DNA of 64,000 bases from the NCBI GenBank assembly GCA_043228905.1, contig JBHGNT010000012.1, positions 11,842,001 to 11,906,000 on the forward strand, given 5' to 3'. The stretch is from Azolla caroliniana. Lineage: Eukaryota > Plantae > Polypodiophyta. The notes beneath the pieces were generated by a model. That model had not been told where the DNA came from, made no database searches, and was given only the letters and a program-made list of their open reading frames with translations. Shown here in pieces: positions 24,273 to 36,372 of the stretch. The position numbers and the translations under genes are program-made. Each line of letters begins with the position of its first letter. The first letter of the stretch is position 1.

Positions 24273-27200
24273 TTATAGCCTTTGTCTCCGAAAGATCTCT
24301 ATCATAGGTCGATCTAGAATGGAAATGTCTCCAAAGCGAGGGAAGCACCTACGATGGCGGGAGATAATGGCTTTTATTTGTCGATGACAAGGGTGTCGGG
24401 GTCGTGGTCCATGGGGTCGGGGCCTACGTGCACGGCAAATTGCCATTGCCCGATCAATCGTAACCCCTTTGTTATATCTTGGTCTGGATCCCATTTCTAT
24501 ATCCTGGGGTTGACTTCTAGCATTAGGAGTGATGGAGCTAAAGAAAGTTGTGATTGTTCTTTGTGGATGAGCTTGTGTGGTTGTATTCTTCAACAACTTT
24601 TCCCGATGTCTCTTGAGCTCGAGCAAGAAAAGTCCTAGGCATCTTTGGTCCTCATATTCCATTACCTTGCGTAGTGGGCCAAAGCCTTGTTTAAAGAGGC
24701 AATGGTATCTCCCTCTGATTTCATAAAAGACACTACAATGACAAACGTAGTGTTCTTCAGATTCCACTCCTTAATGACACAATTGGCAAATTCTCTCTTC
24801 TAGAGGTAGTCGTGTATATCTGCCCACCTCAATCTGTAGGTGATGTGATGAGGTTCGCAGCTGCCCTATCACACTACGCAGCGCATATAAGGTGGCCTTA
24901 TGACAAATCCATCCTCCGATGTATGTAAGAAGTGTGTCTTATAGTGGGCCATCTTTGTACCAAGTGCTATTTTGGGGCTAATCCATGTTATCTTGTTTTC
25001 TAAGTTAATAATATCAGTTCGGATCACTCTATTCTTTTCCACTTTGGTCATATTGAGATGGGAACAGTCCAAGCTATATTGGAACGGGGGTAGTGCATTT
25101 ATACTCATGCCATGTGACTCGAACCATTGCTGCATTTCAACATACCAACAATGAGTGTCTCCATTTTCAGCCAATTGTCTTGATGACATAAGTGCCAACC
25201 TTGGGTACCTTCGTTTAGGGAGCTCCCAAAGACGTTGGATAAATGTCACTAATCGGAACAATGCCTCGGTTATTATAGGTGTTGCTCCCATCTCTGCCCG
25301 GATTATATCGTGGGGCACCGATGCTTTGCTCCTTATCATGCGAGCAATCATTGACACTAAAGGTCTCTCTAAGTCTTTCCAATGATTTGCCTTGTTAAGA
25401 CTCGGTCCCCATGTCTCTACTCCATAGAGAAGAGTTGGTGTGACAAGTATATCAAATAACCACAGCTTAGTCCGTGGCTCTTGGAACTGCAAATGTGCAC
25501 ATTGTCTTTCGAGAGCACCCAGGGCTGCATATCCACGAGAAAGTCGGGCACAAGCGGCCTCCTGTAAGGAGAACCTAGGTCCAGTAAATGTTACTCCTAG
25601 GTATGTGTAGGAGCATGTGTATTCCACCTTTTCCTCTCCCAAGAAGAATTCTAGTTCTGATCTTGTTACCCATGCTTGGGTGGTGTTAAACACCATCACT
25701 TTAGTTTTACTCATGTTGATTGACAAACCTTTGTCCGTACAAAATAGTTTTAAGGCATTTAGATGTCTTTGTAGTCCCTCTGGAGAGTCAGAGATCAGCA
25801 CAATATCATCAGCATATAGTTATATCTGTATAGCTATACCTGCTAGGTGTGCTCCGGAACCACCAAATCTCTCTATGTACTGTGATACCTCATCTATATA
25901 GAGACCGAAGAGTGTGGGGGATAGTGGGCATCCTTGCTTCACGCCAATTGTGCTGGCCACCACCTCTGACAAGCCCTTAGGAGACCGAACTTTTCCTGAA
26001 ACAGATTCATAGAGTGCATAGATTCCCCATTGCATATCTATAGGAACACCAATGGCCTCTAGCCGCTGCATAAGCCGAGCACGTGGCACAGTGTCAAAGG
26101 CTTTTCGGAAATCCACAAAGCAGCAATAAATCCTCTTATTGTGGGCTCTGCCCTCCTCAATAAGGGCCCGGCGGGTGAATATGTGATCCAAAGTTGTGAA
26201 ACCCTTCCGAAAGCCTGCCTGTCCAATTGAACGGCAGCCATTTTGCTCTGCCCATATACTCAATTCTGATTCCAGAATCGAGCCATATAGTTTAGCCAAG
26301 TAATGGCCAATCATGATTGTCCTATAGTTGCTTGGCATCATGGGGTCTCCACTCTTAAGGATTGGCACAATGGTATGCTGAGTCCATCTAGTAGGAAAAC
26401 CTTCGCACATGGCTCTATTAAAGATGTGTGCTAGCAATGGGAGCAAGGTGTCACGGGCATAGATAAAGTGTTCACCCACCAATCCATCATGATCTTGGGC
26501 CTTCCCGAATTGTAGCCTATCAATGGCATTTCTTACATTTTGTGGTGTAAAGAAGGTTGATTCATGTGGGCGTGAGGCATTCGGGTGGGGAAGAGGAGGT
26601 TGCCCCGGGGTATCATATAGGACCTTTGTATATTCGTGCCACACCTGAGGTGAGGTCAGTTGTGTGGTGGGTTGCCTCTCATTAAACATTTTCCATGCTC
26701 TTTTACTCTCTCGTCCTAGAAACAAGCGATACAAATGATCTTCAAATTTAGCCAAATACAATCTCTTCTTCCTCCTTACGAGGCGTTGGAAGGTTGCTCT
26801 CGCTTGGTTGTATGTATAAATACCCCGAGTTATATCACGTTGCAAGCATCTCCTTGTATCACGACATTCATCATCATACCAACTATTTTGTATTACTCTA
26901 CCGCGTTTGGGGGGGTTAGCCGTTGTGTGAGAGAAGGCTTTTGTGGCTGCTTTATGCAATGATTTGGATAAACCTTGGGTAAGTTCTTCAAGGGGTGCGA
27001 AAGGATCCAAATCTAGCATGCCATTGTATACACCACAACTATAGACATCAATTGTCTCGCGAGTGAATAGATACCTGGCCAGCCCACTCTCCTTAGCATA
27101 TACATCCTTTGTGCATCCATCCTTTACCTCAAAGCGTAGATATGCATGATCAGCTGCCAAGCCAATAGGTCTTCTCGATATAGTGAACACTTTTATTTCA

Positions 27201-27943
27201 GGTATAAGAGATGGAGATCCCATTAGATAATCGATTGTGCTTGAGCCCCCTTTTGGGTTCCAGCATGTCAAAGCATCTGATCCAGGCCATTGTGACAAGC
27301 CATTATATATCACAAATCCATGCGCGCTTCCCAAGGCTAGAAAGTGTTTTCCATATTCAGTTATAGCACTCATATCTTGAGCTTTTCTCTTTAGACCAAC
27401 CTCTTCCACCATAACTTCTCCATAAACAGCCTCGTTGGTGTTAAATATAGTTGTTTGTTCATCCTTGGTTCGTGCATTAAAATCTCCTAATAGTATTATA
27501 TCCCCCATAGTAGCAAATCTTATGATATCATCATATAGTGGTAGATATGGTGATTCACCTAGAGGTGCAAACCTTGAATAGGCAGGTGGAAAGTAGCAAA
27601 TTGCAATATATAGTTCACTAAGATCCCCTCTTTTTATGCATATCTACATGTAGCGTGCATCTACATCCTTATGTACAACATGCACTCTACCATGGAGCTC
27701 CTCTTTGTATAGCATAGCCACTCATCCCGAACCTCTAGTGCTTCCTTGTGTCCGAGGTTGGGGGCGACATATTGACTCCCATCTGTATCCTTGGACCTCG
27801 GGGAGTTTGCTAGCCATACATTGGTGAGTCTCTGTATACATAGCAATATTTGTGTTTTTCAATGTATCTTCCAAATATCCGACATCTGTCCGTAGAGAGT
27901 CGTTGCAATTCCATATGGTCATGCGTAGGGTCTCATAGGCCAT
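24273..27943 (-). pseudogene. LINE ORF2 (APE endonuclease, reverse transcriptase, CCHC), disrupted
   Basis: Motifs IWNC, GDFNART, TIDY, QAGFRKG, DFRKAFD, GVKQGCPLSP, YADD, YLGV, ESEEHYVCHC. Stops at 27722 and 25820 and a break near 24869. Confidence 0.9.
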
Positions 27944-27949
27944 ATATCG

Positions 27950-29014
27950 TCATGCGGTTCTCTTCTCTGTAATAATGACCTTGCCGTCTCTATATACGGC
28001 CCATTTACCTTCCTTTCTTGCATCAAGCACTCGTGGCATGTTTTCTTTGCGGTGTGCCACTTGGGCTGGAGTGAGATCGTCATCTAAGTATATCTTTTCA
28101 CCCTTGAGTGCCTTTCGTTTAGAGAGGAAAGCTTTTTTCTTGTCAATATCCATGAAGCGGATGATAAGGGCTTTAGCTCTAGACTCATCTCTTCCCACTC
28201 TCCATGTCGAAGCAAATGGAATATCCGATGCTCCAATCTTTGTTGCGAGATTCTTGGCATCTTCTTGTGGACTTCCCTTTTCGGCCCAACCAACCACTCG
28301 TACATGCAATGCACGAGCTTTCCTCTTGGCTTCTTCTTCTAAAGTAGCATTCATCATTGCCATCCTATCCATGGATGTTCCTTTTTGCTTTTTTACTACC
28401 TCTATCCAAGGAGCATTTGCTTTAATTTCGTTTTGGGCATGCGGGGCTTGAGCTTTGGCATCTTTGGCAATGTCTGCCCATGTTTGCATTTCCTTCGTGA
28501 CATTGGCTTTCACTGTAGAGATGCATCTTTCCACTGCTTCTTGTCCTTTTTCGAAATCCACTTTTATAGCTCCTAACTCAACCTTACTTGAGGATATTTT
28601 ATCCTTAAGGTATTGTGTCATGTCATCCTTGAGCTCTAAGTGTAATTTCTCCACATGGCTTATAATGTCTTTCCGTATCTCTTCTAATAACTCAGCCTTG
28701 ATAGAAGCGTACAATTCTGATTTCTGTTTCTCTATCGCCTTTTTCATTTCTTCCTTTAGTGCTATTTCGATATCTTCTCTAATACGGTTGATCTCTTGCG
28801 CAATCAAATGGCGTAAAAGATCATGTTTCCCATTTTCGACATCGGATGGAATGTCGGATGGGGCCTGCGTTCTAGGTTCCTTATGCGCCCTTCTGACGCT
28901 ATTCAGGTCCCGTCCTTTTCGTCTATGATATCTTCTTGTTGTCTTCAATAGATCTGGACCCTCGTCATGCGTGTTAAGATCCATCTTTTCAGTGTCTGTC
29001 CCTTCGGACTCCAT
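27950..29014 (-). CDS. LINE ORF1 protein (coiled coil plus RRM-like/CTD region), intact 354 aa
   Basis: Heptad-rich N-half, then LHVRVVGW...WRVGR...LIIRF...IYLDDDLT; ends 6 nt before the ORF2 ATG. Confidence 0.85.
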   Translation of the reverse strand: MESEGTDTEKMDLNTHDEGPDLLKTTRRYHRRKGRDLNSVRRAHKEPRTQAPSDIPSDVENGKHDLLRHLIAQEINRIREDIEIALKEEMKKAIEKQKSELYASIKAELLEEIRKDIISHVEKLHLELKDDMTQYLKDKISSSKVELGAIKVDFEKGQEAVERCISTVKANVTKEMQTWADIAKDAKAQAPHAQNEIKANAPWIEVVKKQKGTSMDRMAMMNATLEEEAKRKARALHVRVVGWAEKGSPQEDAKNLATKIGASDIPFASTWRVGRDESRAKALIIRFMDIDKKKAFLSKRKALKGEKIYLDDDLTPAQVAHRKENMPRVLDARKEGKWAVYRDGKVIITEKRTA

Positions 29015-29410
29015 GGTGTGTTGAGGGCAGAAAGAATAGAAGTTACTACGGGGCAGAAAGAATACAGGAACAGAGTTGGCAGAAGATACAGGAAATCAGA
29101 TTTGGAAAAGAGCGCACAGGATCAGGCATTGCAGAAAACACAGAGGATAGACATTTCAAAAAAGACAGACAGAGCCAAAACCCTAAACGCAAACCCTAAA
29201 CGCAGAGCCGAAACCCTAAACGCAGAGCATAGAGAGAGAGAGAGAGAGAGATCTTAACATCTTTTAAGAGGCCAAAAAAAAATGCATAAATTGCCTGCCT
29301 GGAATCCATTTGCTGAAGTTGGTTAAACTGGCTGACAATCCCCATGACATTAATGATGCAATAACACAAAAATACTCTCCCTTCACGAAATAATAACATG
29401 AATCTGCATA

Positions 29411-29672
29411 GACTCGGTAGGATATTGTTACATTTTAATGCTTAGATTCCATGATCTTAATCCTTTTTTGAATGTTACCCATATGGTATGTTCTTTATAA
29501 ATTAGAATTTGGACTCATTAATACCAAAATATCCTACTGAGCCTTACAAAGACTCAGTAGGATATTGTTACATTTTACTGCTTAGATCCTATGATCTTAA
29601 TCCTTTTTTGAATGCTACCCATATGGTGTGTTCTTTATAAATTAGAATTTGGACTCATTAATACCAAAATAT
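29411..29672. repeat. Tandem duplication (~122-bp unit, 140-bp period) with a fold-back junction
   Basis: GACTCRGTAGGATATTGTTACATTTT...ATACCAAAATAT starts at 29411 and 29551. Confidence 0.9.
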
Positions 29673-30252
29673 GGTGTCCTTGTAGATACCAAAATACCCA
29701 ACAAGTTCGTTAACTACCTCAACTCTTGCAACCATCAACAAAACAACCATGACTAAATAGGTATTTACATCTATTTAAAATTGCTGATTCTTTAGTTCTT
29801 CATTCAGAACTAAACAAAAGCAGATGAATTTCAATCAACATAAAGTGAAATGCAGGGGGTAAAGTGCATGATGTCTAAGATCAAATATGGAGTTGAATAA
29901 AGAATATATACTTCATACAGTCTAGGCAACAACAATAAGGGAGAGATTTACTAATGATTCGGTGATGGTCTATCTCATGCATGGCCATTGTAGACTGCAG
30001 AAGTTTAATAAACATATTTATACTCGAGAGCTAGGGATAAATGATCGATTAATTGTTGTTAGAAATTTCTGTTATGAGGATGATGTCGCTTTGTAATAAT
30101 AATAATATTGAGCACATTAACTATATTATTATGAATACTCTAATGATGGCGCAAGCATGTATGATATCAAATTCCCATGTCAACATTAGCACTATTATAG
30201 AATTTTTAATCTGGACTGACACAAAAGCCACTAACGAGGAACGATATTTCAC

Positions 30253-30351
30253 CTCTTTGATGGAGATGTACTAAAACTTGATGCCATTTGCTTTGTTTTT
30301 AATCGTAAACCTGAAAGCATATATTGCCTTCGTTGAAGTTCCTCTTCAGTC
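30253..30351 (-). CDS. SYP5-like gene, exon 2
   Basis: TTTATTTAG acceptor and GTGAAA donor; encodes (L)TEEELQRRQYMLSGLRLKTKQMASSFSTSPSK(R), matching the SYP51/52 segment SEKEMNRRKDM...LRSKANQMA. Phase 2 at both ends. Confidence 0.85.
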
Positions 30352-30821
30352 CTAAATAAACCCAAAAGCACAAATACTTAGCATACATTATAATGATTTA
30401 CGAAGATAAGAGATAATAAGATTTTACATTGGCTAGAAGATCAACACACTTGTTCTATTATTAGCCTTGTGATATTCTATCTATACTAGAAAAATAAAAA
30501 AGGGGGGATAGCATAAAATATACTTACAGTACTACTGATAATGGTGTATTTGCAAATATTCATAAAACTTTCTAAATAATAATAGAGATAGAAGGAAGAT
30601 TACTAAAACATTGCAAGAGAAACAGGACTATATCAACAAAAAGCCAGGCAAATCTTTCTAAAGATAGCACATATTCTACTGCGTGCAGCATTGGTCCATT
30701 TCTGCTTTAGATATTGTGAAGTTCGGACTTTACAGCAGCAATATTATTTTATCACCACTCTTTAAACCAAATTTTTGTGGCTTCCCTGAAAGCATATAAA
30801 TCTATTTTCTCAACATGAGAC

Positions 30822-33800
30822 TGTGAGAAAAGCTGTTAATAGCAGCAGCGGAAGACTTAAAACAAAATAGGCACAGCCAAGCTGTGAGAAGGCTGTTAGA
30901 CAGCAGTAGAAAAAATGGTTGCAAAGAGTAGAGACACAGCCAAGGAATAGAGCTTGTTTTAAGTAGCAAAAAAGAAAATGAAAACTTATACAAAAGAGGC
31001 TGGTATAGCCTATTTATACAAAATTGGGGAATGTGGGTGAAATGGCTGTTTGGTAGTTAAGTGACTCTTGTACTACCAAACAGGTACAAAAAAACTAGGA
31101 ATATCTTGGAAAAGGTAGAAGAGAGAAAAGGCATTTAAAGCATTGCAGATTCTAGAGAGAGAAGGCATTTAAAGAGTTGCAAATTCTAGAGAGAGAAGAA
31201 TTTGAGAAAAGAGAGAATGTAGTACAAAGATAATAAATATGAAAGAGAGTGCAGGGCTGGAGCTGCCACCCTCCAACACCTCCTCTCAGCTCCAGAACGG
31301 CAGTCCAACATTGAGTCGATCAAGGAACTGATCAATGGCTTGCCTTGGAAGTGGCTTAGTAAATAAATCAGCCACATTTTCTTGAGTAGGGCAATATGCC
31401 AAGTTGATGACTTGTGATTTCACTAAGTCACGAACAAAATGGCAGTGCACTTCGATGTGTTTTGTTCTACCATGAAATGCTGAGCTATGTGCCAAGGCAC
31501 GTGCACTTTGGCTGTCGGTGAAAACTACAATAGGAGAGGCTTGCAAAACACCAATGTGAGAAAACAATTGCATCAACCATAGCAACTCACAGCAAGTATC
31601 CAAGTAGGCGCGATATTCAGCTTCCGTTGATGAAGTAGAAACTGAGTTTTGCTTCTTCGATTTCTAAGAAATCAAGCCTGAACCTAACATAAAACAATAG
31701 CCAGATGTGGACCTTCTAGAATCAATATCACCTGCCCAATCAGCATCTGAGTAGCCAACAAGCTCAATGCCGCCTCTAAAAGATAGACCATAGTCGAGTG
31801 TGTTGGCCAAATACCGAAGAACTCGAATAGTTGCTTGCCAATGACTTTGTCTTGGAGCAGTTGAGAATTGGCTGAGAATACTCACGCTATAGGACAAATC
31901 AGGCCTGGTATAAGTTAAGTGAAGAAGGGACCCGATTAATCTCTTATATTTCGTGATATCCTCAAATATGGGAGAATCGTCTTCACGAGATAGCTTTGAG
32001 TTTGGATCCATTGGACAGGAGAGTGGCTTGCAATTTGTCATGCTATAGGTCTCAAGGAGCTGCCTGAGATACCTATGTTGGCTGAGAAAGATACCACCAT
32101 GTGATTGATAGACCTCCATACCTATGAAATAATGGAAAAGTCCTAGATCAGTCATTTCAAAGGTTGTTTTGAGGTCAGCGCGGACCTCCTCGATTTTAGA
32201 TGCAAGGGACCCTGTAATTAGAAGGTCGTCAACATATAATATGATCAAGCAAAGCAAATTATCTTGGGAAAAAACATAGAGATTGATGTCAGCATTACAG
32301 TTTTGAAACCCAAGAGAAAGAAAGAAGCTATCAATTTTGTCATGCCAAGCTTTGGGAGCTTGCTTTAAGCCATACAAGGCTTTGTGTAACTTGTAGACCA
32401 TGTTTTTCTGCTCTAAAATCTCGAAACCTGGAGGCTGTTCAACATAAACCTCCTCTTTCAAGTCACCGTTAAGGAAGGCTGACTTGACATCCATTTGAAA
32501 AATGGCCCATTTGTTGTGAGCAGCAAGTGCAAGCGCACATCGGATAGATGTGTACCTTGCTGTTGGAGCAAAAGTTTCCTCATAATCCACTCCTTCAACT
32601 TGTGAGTAGCCTTTTGCCACTAAACGTGCCTTGTGCTTATCCAAAGTACCATCAGCATGGTATTTGGTCTTGAAAATCCATTTCAATCCAATGACTTGTC
32701 GATGTGGAGGCCGTGGGACCAGCTCCCATGTATGATTCCGCTCAATGGAATCAAGTTCAACTTCCATTGCTACTTTCCACTTTGGAAGAACAAGGGCCTC
32801 TTTTGCTGTTGTGGGTTCTTTTGATTGCACAACAGTGCACAATAAGGCAAAGTTGCATGAGTGAAGAGGCCGTTGTGACTTACGTGTTCGAGAACCAGAT
32901 GTATACTCATGAAGTTCAGCATCGGAGAGATGAGAATCACGAATGGTGGCTTGAAGCCACTTGGGAAGTGGTGGAAGTTGGTTTGTAGAGGGAGTGGAAA
33001 CAAGTGGAGTTGAGGGAGAGGTTTGAATTGTTGGCGAAGTTAGAGATTGAGTAGGAGGAGATGGGGGGCTTGAAGATGAGACATCTTCGTCTAAAATAGG
33101 AGATTCCGGAGGAGCTTGGATTTCAACCATGAACTCAGGTAAAATCCTAGAGTCATCCGGCTGAGACTCCACAAAATGAACATCCCTAGATATGACTAGG
33201 GACTTTGACTCTAAATCCCATAACCTGTATGCTTTAGATTGTGTGTTGTAACCAAGAAATTTGCATTTCTTGGTTTTGGACTCAAATTTCGTCCTTTTAT
33301 GATCTGAAATGTGAACATAAGCATCACAACCAAAGACTTTAAAATGAGATACTGAGGGCTTTACACCTGTAAATGCTTCTTCAGGCGTCATTCTAGCAAC
33401 TGCTTTTGTTGGGCAGCAGTTGATGATGTAGACTGCTGTGTTGACAGCTTCACCCCAAAACGAGAGAGGAAGATCAGATTGAGATAGCATCGTACGAGCC
33501 ATCTCTTGGACTGTCCGGTTCTTCCTTTCCACGACTCCATTTTGTTGAGGAGTATTGGGTGTAGAAAATTGGCGAGCAATGCCTCGTTGAGAGCAGAAAT
33601 GGTGGAAAGCTTTGGAGATAAACTCTCCACCATTGTCCGACCTGATCTTTCGAACTTTCTTCGATGTCTCGTTCTCCACGAGAGCTACCCATTCTTGAAA
33701 TTTTGCGAAGGCTTGGGATTTTTCTACAAGAAAATAAACCCAAACCTTGCGGGAGAAGTCATCAATTATAAGCATGAAGTAGCGTGCACCACCAAGAGTA

Positions 33801-36200
33801 GTGGTTTTCATGGGACCACAAAGATCCATGTGCACTAACTCCAAGATAGATGTTGCTCGGTGAGTGGCTTCATGAGGGAAAGGCTCTCGATGTTGCTTGC
33901 CATGAAGACAAGCAACACATGGGGTATTGGGAGATTTGAAAATAGGAAGACCCTCAACTAGTTGGGAGGAGGAGAGCTTTTGAAGAGAATCATAGTTGAG
34001 ATGACCAAACCTAGCATGCCACAACGTGGGATCTTCTTGTGCCACCAAGGCATGAGAGCCTTGAAGAAGATGAAGAAGATGAGATTTGGAGTTTTCCAAG
34101 GGGCTATGGGAGCTTTTTAGGTGATATAAACCCCCTTCTTGTGTGCCACTAGCTACAATTTGTAGGCTGTTGGTGTCAATCACTTCCAAAACTGAGCTAT
34201 CAAAGTAGACTCCATAACCTTGCTTGGTGATTTTGTAAACCGAAAGTAGGTTGGTAGAGATGCGAGGCACATGTAGCACATCTTGAAGAACGACAGGTTC
34301 TTCACTTGAAGAATTGTCAAGAACCACATTACCCACACATGAAGCCTCAATGCTTGAGGCATCTCCTATAGAGATTTGGGAAGAGCTAGGCTTCACATCA
34401 TGCAAAATGGATTTGTCATAGGTCATGTGTGAAGTGGCACCACTATCTACTAACCACTCATCGATGGTTGAAGTAGTTGGTCCAGCCAAATGTGAAGTAT
34501 GTTCCTCAATGCCAAGGAAAATTGTTTCTTTGGCTGAGTGGGCCGAGTTGGATTTCGGTGTAGGTTGATTTCTGGTAGAAGAAGAGTTCTTAGCATTGTC
34601 CCTTTTCTTTTTCCGACAATCTGGCTGAATGTGACCTTTGTAGCCACAATAATGACAAGTGAGCTCCTTGTAAGCTGGGTTGTTTGGCGGTCTTGGATTG
34701 GGTTTGTTGTAGGAGTTACCATTTTGCTTCCACTTGCCTTTACTTGTCGCATGTAGAAGCGTCTCATTGGAAGTTTGAGCACTTTTCTTCCTTGTTGCCC
34801 TATCTTGTAGCATACCAAGAAATGTATTCATGTCAGGTGTGTTGGGAAGAAGAGAAATGGTGTCACAAAAGGCTGAGAATGACTCAGGCAACTTTATCAT
34901 TAGACGATGCACAAACTCAACTTCAGTGGACTTGCTTCCCAAAGAAACTAGTTCCTTTTGGAGAGTGACAAATTCCGTTATTTGATCCATGATGTTGGGA
35001 GTGTCATGAATCTTGAGATTTGCTAGTTGGCTTTCAATAGCTATCATTTGAGCATGATTAGCTCGATGATACCTCCTTTTGATGGTTGTCCATAGTTCAT
35101 TGGCTGTCTCGTCATCTTTATCTTGAAATTGACGAGCGATGCTCGGTTTAATATTAAACATGAGGAAAGCATGAGCACGAGAATCCTTATCTAGCCAAGC
35201 TTCAATCTCAGCGTTAGATGAGCCAGCAACTGATTTGGTTGAAGAGGATGAAGTTACTGGTGGTTTCTTGTCACTACCATTGACTACATTCCATAAACGA
35301 TGGTATTGTAGCAAGGTCTTTATTTGTAGCTCCCAATCCAAGTAATTGTTCCCATCCAAGATGGATTCTTTTCGGGAGTTGGGGAATGGTTGATGAAACA
35401 ATGGTGGCATGTGAGGCCATGGATATCCTCCTCTTGAGCTACAGCTGGACAATTTACAGCAGTTGTAAGTAGATACTCAGGGTCTTTCTACTTCTCCCTA
35501 GATGCTAGATGAGGCTCAGATAAGGGGAAAAGAAAACAGAAGAGCCTCCTCTGTAGGGTTGGGAGGGAGGGATAAAAGAAGGTAGGTCTGTGTGCTCTTT
35601 GGCAAAAAAAAATCAGGCTGAGGATATGGAGACCTCACTGCTCTGATACCATGTGAGAAAAGCTGTTAATAGCAGCAGCGGAAGACTTAAAACAAAATAG
35701 GCACAGCCAAGCTGTGAGAAGGCTGTTAGACAGCAGTAGAAAAAATGGTTGCAAAGAGTAGAGACACAGCCAAGGAATAGAGCTTGTTTTAAGTAGCAAA
35801 AAAGAAAATGAAAACTTATACAAAAGAGGCTGGTATAGCCTATTTATACAAAATTGGGGAATGTTTGGTAGCCTATTTATACAAAATTGGGGAATGTTTG
35901 GTAGCCTATTTATACAAAATTGGGGAATGTTTGGTATAGCCTATTTATACAAAATTGGGTGAAATGGCTGTTTGGTAGTTAAGTGACTCTTGTACTACCA
36001 AACAGGTACAAAAAAACTAGGAATATCTTGGAAAAGGTAGAAGAGAGAAAAGGCATTTAACGCATTGCAGATTCTAGAGAGAGAAGGCATTTAAAGAGTT
36101 GCAGATTCTAGAGAGAGAAGAATCTGAGAAAAGAGAGAATGTAGTACAAAGATAATAAATATGAAAGAGAGTGCAGGGCTGGAGCTGCCACCCTCCAACA
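30822..36200 (-). mobile_element. Near-intact Ty1/Copia element in intron 1
   Basis: LTRs 30822-31278 and 35652-36200 (TG...CA); TSD GAGAC; PBS TGGTATCAGAGC abutting the 5' LTR; PPT GAGAGGAGG. Confidence 0.97.
31286..35452 (-). pseudogene. Copia gag-pol polyprotein with a single in-frame stop (W to TAG at 31664)
   Basis: 1262-aa ORF (gag, [21 protein letters not shown], integrase, YVDD); the frame continues KSKKQNSVSTSSTEAEY after the stop. Confidence 0.92.
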
Positions 36201-36372
36201 GAGACATCTGTCTCAATAAGCATATACTATAATCAGCTCTACCCAAAACATGATATTTGCTCACATCATGAGGGCCACACAAGACTAACTACAAGTCAAG
36301 TAAAGATTTGAGACAATTCAGCTAGCCCCTGTTTCTGGGTATGCGGTATGTGTTATATTTGAATAAACAATT

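Larger units (their letters stand above)
24054..29251 (-). mobile_element. Full-length RTEX-like LINE copy B with 3' stem-loop and (CTTT)n tail
   Basis: ORF1 plus ORF2 (APE-RT-CCHC). 3' end has AGGCCA-TTT-TGGCCT stem and a microsatellite tail. Clade inferred from domain layout. Confidence 0.9.
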
